Below, piece by piece: positions 26,508 to 32,000 of a DNA stretch of 32,000 nt; positions within the stretch are counted from its first letter, which is position 1; each line of letters begins with the position of its first letter. Source of the DNA: Candidatus Thorarchaeota archaeon (GTDB lineage: Archaea; Asgardarchaeota; Heimdallarchaeia; Hodarchaeales; Hodarchaeaceae); assembly GCA_048882505.1 (NCBI GenBank), contig JBHLRO010000003.1, positions 1 to 32,000 on the forward strand. Reading direction: 5' to 3'. The notes beneath the pieces were generated by a model. That model made no database searches. It was given only the letters and a program-made list of their open reading frames with translations, and was not told the origin of the DNA. The position numbers and the translations under genes were made by a program.

Positions 26508-27587
26508 TCAAACTTCATCTAATCCCCCCCATGAACTGACAAATTCCCACAAGGTCTTATAGAGATTTGCAAAGACAGTTAGGTAAGCTACTTCGAATCC
26601 ATGACTGTTCTTCCGAATATGCCCAATACAAGCGGTTTGAGGACTAGCACCAATGCTCCCTACTTGACCTGCATCACTCCCACTTGTAGTATAGACAAGG
26701 TGTTGAAGCTCAGTACCTACATTTTTCGCCGCATCAGACAATGCCTGGTTCAACTTGGGGCTGTAGAAATATCCCCGATCACGAACCCTAATTCCAGGTC
26801 TATCATCTAGCTCCGTAGGTGATTCAGATGCGATTGGACAACCGTCCACAGCAATGAAGTAGGTCGGAGTTAGTGATTGTGCCAAGTGTTTTGCTCCAAA
26901 GCAACCGATCTCCTCTCTGGTCGTAAATGCAATTATAAGATTCACAACTGGAGTAACGTTCTTTGTTTTTAGGGTTTTTAATATTTGGAGTAGAATAGCG
27001 ACCCCTATTTTATCATCGAATGTCCACGCCCCTATCATTGGATTTGATTCTTCTCCAAAAAATATGGGCCCTCTTTCCGATTGACTCAGAGTAATCAGAG
27101 TTCCAGGTTTAACGCCATAACCTTTCAAACTTTCGGGAGGCAATCCAGTGATAACAGCAGTTTCTCTCCACTCTAATTTCTGTGTACCACCTGCGGCGTG
27201 TCCTGATCCCATCGCCGTAACACCAGAAATCGTCGCATTATCACCAAAGACGTCAACTGGACGTTCCCCATATTTCCATGTTAATGATCCTCCTATCCTC
27301 TCAACTCCTAGTGTACCATCACCATTAATTTTTGTTACCATTAATCCGATTTCATCTGTATGTGATGCCAAACAACAAGTTTCCTCACTTTGCTTCTTGC
27401 CTGGTATTTGAACATAGACATTCCCTGCCGAATCCTTCTGGGGATTATATCCCCACTCATTACACTTTCGGTAAATGTGATCAGCTATCTTGTCTTCCAT
27501 TCCCGAAGGAGAAGGAATAGTAAGCAATTCGGTGAATTGTTGGATTATTGCGCTCTGCTTGATCTGCTCATATCTACTAGATTCCAT
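26508..27587 (-). CDS. M42-family metallopeptidase, second divergent paralog
   Basis: DSAGNVY, SHTDEIG, TFDDKIG, TREEIG, AVDG, GSDAG and NSHGFE motifs. Confidence 0.9.
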   Translation of the reverse strand: MESSRYEQIKQSAIIQQFTELLTIPSPSGMEDKIADHIYRKCNEWGYNPQKDSAGNVYVQIPGKKQSEETCCLASHTDEIGLMVTKINGDGTLGVERIGGSLTWKYGERPVDVFGDNATISGVTAMGSGHAAGGTQKLEWRETAVITGLPPESLKGYGVKPGTLITLSQSERGPIFFGEESNPMIGAWTFDDKIGVAILLQILKTLKTKNVTPVVNLIIAFTTREEIGCFGAKHLAQSLTPTYFIAVDGCPIASESPTELDDRPGIRVRDRGYFYSPKLNQALSDAAKNVGTELQHLVYTTSGSDAGQVGSIGASPQTACIGHIRKNSHGFEVAYLTVFANLYKTLWEFVSSWGGLDEV

Positions 27588-27695
27588 GGTATCACATCAC
27601 TAGGAAGAAAAAAAAGGATATGAATAAAAAAAACTCCCTTTAGTACCGATCCATATTGTTAATAATTGCCTATTCTCTCTACAGGTGTTAGCTGG

Positions 27696-29150
27696 ATGAA
27701 AACCGACCAGATCGGGATAACTAAAGATTTTATTGAACGTCTTGAAGTTCTAATAAGTGACGAGATGGTACGTTATAAAGTACCTGGAGCAAGTATCGCA
27801 ATTGTCAAGAAAGACGAGATTATATATCATCAGAGCTTTGGAGCAAGAGACCTAGAAAAGAATCTCCCTGTTACTCCATCTACATTATTTAATATTGCCA
27901 GTGTAACAAAATCAATTATCTGTTTAGGTATTATGAAGCTTGAGGAACTTGGAAAATTAGAACGCCACGATCCAATTTCCAAATACATTCCCTGCAAACT
28001 GGGATTTCCAGATAATCCCATTACGATCCATCATCTTATGACCCATACCTCTGGGATTCCCGAGATCGTCGGAGGGATAGCGCATTTGGATTTGGCGATG
28101 GAGGTAAACGTTGAAACCCCCTTTATCCCCTTTATGAATTGGAATGATTTTTTCAGACATATCAACGGGGCCGGTGATTATGTAAGTGAGAAACCAGGGA
28201 ATCGATTCTATTACCAGAATTACGGTTACACCATGCTAGGACGTATTATCGAAGTTGTTTCAGGCCAGGATTTACCTGAATTCATCAAAAAACATATTCT
28301 TGCTCCTCTCCAGATGAGTGAATCGACCTTCGAAAAGGATCAGCTGAATAAGTTAGAAAATGTCTCATCAGCATACAAAATGTCAGAACGAGAAGGCCGA
28401 ATAGTGAAAACTTCCTATTATCGCGAGAATGAGATTTTCGGGTACGCACCAGGGGGACTATTCAGTTCAGTTATTGAGCTAGCTAACCTTTTAATCATGT
28501 ACTTGCATCGTGGTGAGTTTCACGGCCGTAAACTAGTCAGTAGTGACAGAATCGATACAATGACTTCTATGCACTGGCAAGAGAAACCAAATTCAATGTC
28601 ATATAGTAGTACAATCGGTGACTTCGGGGATTCGGGGTATGGATACGGATTAGCAATCCATGAGAATTTCTATGGTCATAAGATAGTTCATCATTCAGGT
28701 AGCTGGATTGGCGCTAGTGCTTGGCTCGCGATGCTTCCTGATTTAAAACTAGGTATTGTATTTTTATCGAATAAACATCCTAGTCCTAGGATGATGGCTT
28801 TAAGCGCGCTGGCTATGCTCCTGGGAAGAGATCTCAATGAAGAATTCCCGCTGTTCCGTCACAGGAATCACATAGAGAAACTTGCTGGAGAATATGAACT
28901 CTATAAGGGGGTAGGTAAAATGAAATTAGCAGTTAAAGGAGGACTCTTGTATTATCAGTACGATTATTGGGGGATTAACGCACCTTTGATTCCACGAGAA
29001 AGACCCGAAAAGAATTCAGTGACCTTGAACTATTATCTGCTGACAGAGGTTGGGGCCAAAGATCCAGTGGAATTTGAGATCGATGAAAACGGAACCATAT
29101 GGATGCATCATGAACGATTAAAATGGAAAAAAGTGAGGGATCTTGAATAG
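27696..29150 (+). CDS. Serine hydrolase, beta-lactamase class C / penicillin-binding-like, with a C-terminal accessory domain
   Basis: ASVTK (SxxK), LMTHTSG, FYYQNYGY (YxN), PGGLFSS and HSGS motifs. ATG 27696 follows SD AGGTG. Confidence 0.92.
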   Translation: MKTDQIGITKDFIERLEVLISDEMVRYKVPGASIAIVKKDEIIYHQSFGARDLEKNLPVTPSTLFNIASVTKSIICLGIMKLEELGKLERHDPISKYIPCKLGFPDNPITIHHLMTHTSGIPEIVGGIAHLDLAMEVNVETPFIPFMNWNDFFRHINGAGDYVSEKPGNRFYYQNYGYTMLGRIIEVVSGQDLPEFIKKHILAPLQMSESTFEKDQLNKLENVSSAYKMSEREGRIVKTSYYRENEIFGYAPGGLFSSVIELANLLIMYLHRGEFHGRKLVSSDRIDTMTSMHWQEKPNSMSYSSTIGDFGDSGYGYGLAIHENFYGHKIVHHSGSWIGASAWLAMLPDLKLGIVFLSNKHPSPRMMALSALAMLLGRDLNEEFPLFRHRNHIEKLAGEYELYKGVGKMKLAVKGGLLYYQYDYWGINAPLIPRERPEKNSVTLNYYLLTEVGAKDPVEFEIDENGTIWMHHERLKWKKVRDLE

Positions 29151-29393
29151 ATGTTGATTCTGAATTTGAAGGAAAGTTTTCTTCAGATAGGTTGAGAATT
29201 GGCTGGTTTTAGAGAGAAACTATATTTCATGCAGAACCAAGATCACCCTCAATGGTTTATTCAATCCACAATCGTTGCCTTGTCATTACACGTAATTTCT
29301 CATCAGCTGTTCCAAGCACTGTGAAAAGGATTTATCATTAACCGGGACATTTCAAGGAGAACCAATAAGAAAAGGTTCTGAGAGGTTCTCTAA

Positions 29394-30263
29394 ATGAAGA
29401 TCCCAATTAAAGCAATCTTACAAATCCAATTAATATTAATTCTGGTTTTATTATTCAGTTTTTACAATCGGATTGAACTGGCCAAGGGAAAAACTATCTC
29501 ATCCCATCATAATCCCATTCTATTTGTTCACGGATGGAATAGAGACAGTTCAGATTTCGCGCCTATGATCGATTGGTTCAAGTCCGATGGCTGGACCAGC
29601 ACAGCCCTTTATGCGAATAATTTTGACGATAGGAGCAATTGTTCAGTTCAGACCAATATTAACAATGCAAATAGGATAAAGCAATGGGTTACCGATATTT
29701 TAGCCGAAACTGGTGCTAAAAAAATCGATATAGTCGGTCATAGTATGGGGGGCTTGAATAGCAGATATTATATTAAATTTCTGGGTGGGACAGATTATGT
29801 GGATGATTATGTGAGCTTGGGAAGTCCCCAACATGGAGAAAATGTTGCGGCATGTGGTGAACAGGGAGTAAATGATCTTGCCGTGATTTTAAACGAAGGA
29901 GATGAAACCCCAGGAGGGATTTTGAGTGATATTGTTGGACCCCGTGTGGATCCATTTTCCGGAATAATTTACAACGGTACACATATTCCTGGTAATATTT
30001 CCTACACGTCTATTTTTAGCAAGGCCGATGTAATTCCATATGTTTCTCCTCCTCTTGATGGAGGGGATAATGTTGAAGTTGAAGGTTTAACTCATTTTCA
30101 GTTATATCAATCAGAGTCCGTATATACGATAGTTAAAGATGCGGTTGATGATACTCGGGAAACCACAACAAATGATACAACAAGTTGGACATTTTTACCG
30201 ATTCTAATCGCTTTATTTCCCATCATATGGATAAAACGAGAATTAAGACGTTTATCCTCCTGA
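29394..30263 (+). CDS. Secreted or membrane-anchored lipase/esterase (alpha/beta hydrolase, lipase class 2-like)
   Basis: PILFVHGW, GHSMGG nucleophile elbow, SLGSPQHG, D and H candidates (ADVI, THFQL), N-terminal hydrophobic segment, Thr-rich linker and a C-terminal TM segment with a basic tail. Confidence 0.9.
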   Translation: MKIPIKAILQIQLILILVLLFSFYNRIELAKGKTISSHHNPILFVHGWNRDSSDFAPMIDWFKSDGWTSTALYANNFDDRSNCSVQTNINNANRIKQWVTDILAETGAKKIDIVGHSMGGLNSRYYIKFLGGTDYVDDYVSLGSPQHGENVAACGEQGVNDLAVILNEGDETPGGILSDIVGPRVDPFSGIIYNGTHIPGNISYTSIFSKADVIPYVSPPLDGGDNVEVEGLTHFQLYQSESVYTIVKDAVDDTRETTTNDTTSWTFLPILIALFPIIWIKRELRRLSS

Positions 30264-30277
30264 AAGAATGGTAAAAC

Positions 30278-30634
30278 TCAACCAACTTTTTTGGATTCTA
30301 AGCTGACCTCAACGGCTCTATCAATCCAAACTTGTAATGTCTCCTTATCATTCATAATTTCTTCTGGGAGTGTCCAATAGGACATGGCAATTTTTTTCCC
30401 CTTTCGTTCGTATATAAAGGGATGAGTATCATATAATTTAAAATCAGCCCTATTTTTCGATCCTACTTTGAAAAATAGTTCGCCATCAACGATAATTGCG
30501 AATATCACCTGGTTTTTGTAGATACCATATCCCCCAAACATTGCTTTGTATGTGATACCCTCAAAATCTTTGAAGACATCGTTAATGATGTAATCTAGAT
30601 ATTCCTTTGCCAATAAATCACCGATCAAGGTCAT
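30278..30634 (-). CDS. TfoX/Sxy N-terminal domain protein
   Basis: YKAMFGGYGIY...FAIIVDGELFFKV...PFIY...MSYW motif. Confidence 0.9.
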   Translation of the reverse strand: MTLIGDLLAKEYLDYIINDVFKDFEGITYKAMFGGYGIYKNQVIFAIIVDGELFFKVGSKNRADFKLYDTHPFIYERKGKKIAMSYWTLPEEIMNDKETLQVWIDRAVEVSLESKKVG

Positions 30635-30782
30635 GTAAAATAATTCTATAAAATGTAGATGCGAATTATCTTAGGCGCACGTAATAATCCAGGATTATTC
30701 AGGAATTGTTATCTGAAAATTCGTTTGTTCTTCAAACTACTTATCGTTGCTGGAACGTATTAGAAAGTTTTCAAGCTTCTAG

Positions 30783-31298
30783 ATGAATGATATGAAAAAA
30801 ATTCTGCTGGATATCGGATGTCATGGCCGCTTTAAAGAGACTATTATATAGATCATAATAATCCCTAATATGATTGGTTTTTCGATCGGCATCATAATGG
30901 GAGGAGAATCTTATATCCATAACGAATCAATAATGTTTAATCATGAAAGAAGTTACGAGACCGAATCCTTTCCTGCTTTGGATGAAATCATAATCGCTGC
31001 AAAGCATACAAATACGGAGATTGTTAATCTCACAGTATTCACACAGCAGGCCGACACGGTTTTTTATTAGGAATTTAAATTGAAATCAGGAGAGAGTATA
31101 TCAAGTGATAATGAATATATTTTGGCCCATGTAGACAGTTCTCTGTCAGAAATTACCATTCTTGGTTGTTCTGGGCCTCAAGGGGTAGTAATTTCCATCA
31201 AAGGTCAAAGTAAAAATGGATTTACCATACTTCAGGATTTTGAAATTCCGATGCAAAAAAATGCCATGTTTGCAGCCTATTTATCCTCGGTGATTTAA
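30783..31298 (+). pseudogene. Single reading frame interrupted by two in-frame TAG codons (probable pseudogene of a small secreted or membrane protein)
   Basis: ATG 30783, TAG 30849-30851, TAG 31068-31070 and TAA 31296-31298 are all in one frame. The ORF-track ORFs 30870-31070 and 31080-31298 are its fragments. Confidence 0.5.
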
Positions 31299-31317
31299 TT
31301 CCATTATTACAGCCCTC

Positions 31318-32000
31318 TTATCTGACGTTTGTTTTCAATTTTTTTATATGAAATAGGCTACAAGAAATTTGGTCGTATTTTCCATCTTCTTCATCAATAC
31401 TCATGCACTCTTCAAAGGAACGTAACGCACTCCCATAATCCCCCTGATAAAAATATGTGACCCCGATCACATGCCAAGAGTAACTTTCCAGATACCGAAA
31501 TCCTGCCTCCTTTGCCAGTGCAAACGCCCGAGCCAAATATGATATCGATTGATCCAGCTCACCCCGTGACCGATGCATGAGCCCCAAGGGTGAAAGAGAC
31601 TCCGCAATCTGAAATTCATCCTCCACCTCCTTCGCAGCTGCTAGCGATTTACGTGAAAACACTAGAGCTTGCTTGAGATCTCCTAAGGTCCAACAAACCC
31701 TGGCTTTTACATCATATAAGAGACATTCCCATTCCTTTCCATCTTGTATCGTGCCCAGTAAATCCTGTCCCTTTTCAAGCAACTCAGCGGCTTCAGTAAC
31801 CTTCCCAAGACGGTAGAAGGCATAACTCTTCATCACTACTGCCCCCAGTTCGTGGTATCTATCCCTTACCACTTTATTCTTTTGCTGAACTACATTTGCC
31901 ACGGACACTGCCTGCTCGTACTCTTCCTGCAGAATGTAAATCCGACTTTTGAGTAGTAATCCCAGTGATCCCGCTTTTGCGTCTAATCCTTCAATCTGTG
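31318..32000 (-). CDS. Tetratricopeptide-repeat protein, C-terminal part; 5' end lies outside the window
   Basis: Repeated TPR consensus (GDLKQALVFSRKSL; IAESLSPLGLMHRSRGELDQSISYLARA; SWHVIGVTYFYQGDYGSALRSFEEC). I read the frame as open from 31908 to the window edge. Confidence 0.9.
   Translation of the reverse strand, partial: QIEGLDAKAGSLGLLLKSRIYILQEEYEQAVSVANVVQQKNKVVRDRYHELGAVVMKSYAFYRLGKVTEAAELLEKGQDLLGTIQDGKEWECLLYDVKARVCWTLGDLKQALVFSRKSLAAAKEVEDEFQIAESLSPLGLMHRSRGELDQSISYLARAFALAKEAGFRYLESYSWHVIGVTYFYQGDYGSALRSFEECMSIDEEDGKYDQISCSLFHIKKLKTNVR

Noticed and set aside
1488-29982. Numerous short ORF-track entries nested in or antisense to long genes (e.g. 1488-1688, 3460-3678, 4312-4593, 8477-9115, 10357-10812, 14349-14555, 20623-20946, 27148-27411, 29773-29982)
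   Set aside because: They overlap well-supported CDS and show no motifs, so they are probably shadow ORFs.
30783-31298. Genome-wide reassignment of TAG to a sense codon
   Set aside because: TAG terminates several clearly complete genes in this window, and no long conserved gene contains an internal TAG.
1-32000. tRNA, rRNA, CRISPR arrays, IS elements or integrases
   Set aside because: I recognised no cloverleaf, spaced-repeat array, terminal inverted repeats or transposase/integrase motifs. A tRNAscan/Infernal run would be needed to exclude ncRNAs fully.

Overview
This is a gene-dense, AT-rich prokaryotic window with about 30 CDS and no rRNA, tRNA, CRISPR array or transposase that I can recognise. 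An archaeal histone fold, two longin-like domains, a Rab-like small GTPase, GAGGTGA/AGGAGG ribosome-binding sites and TATA-like boxes together suggest an Asgard archaeon, probably Heimdallarchaeia-like (inference). Most genes are ordinary enzymes: two histidine kinases, an adenine DNA methyltransferase, MBL hydrolase, amidohydrolase, GNAT, VOC, LLM oxidoreductase, CsaA-like protein, ABM, M1 and two M42 peptidases, DUF1624, an ArsB/NhaD-type permease, a beta-lactamase-like hydrolase, a lipase, TfoX and a TPR protein. The standout is a 359-aa protein (3411-4490) that fuses an archaeal histone fold, a longin domain and a Lys/Arg-rich tail. It lies between a DNA methyltransferase and a degenerate Mrr-like nuclease. 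Other notable items are two convergent NadE paralogs with degenerate active-site motifs, a prenyltransferase-fold protein lacking its second DDxxD motif, 11-bp phased direct repeats upstream of a stand-alone longin gene, a Rab-like GTPase with an AKxD G4 motif between two M42 peptidases, and a reading frame interrupted by two in-frame TAG codons. All family calls come from motif recognition by eye; no searches were run.
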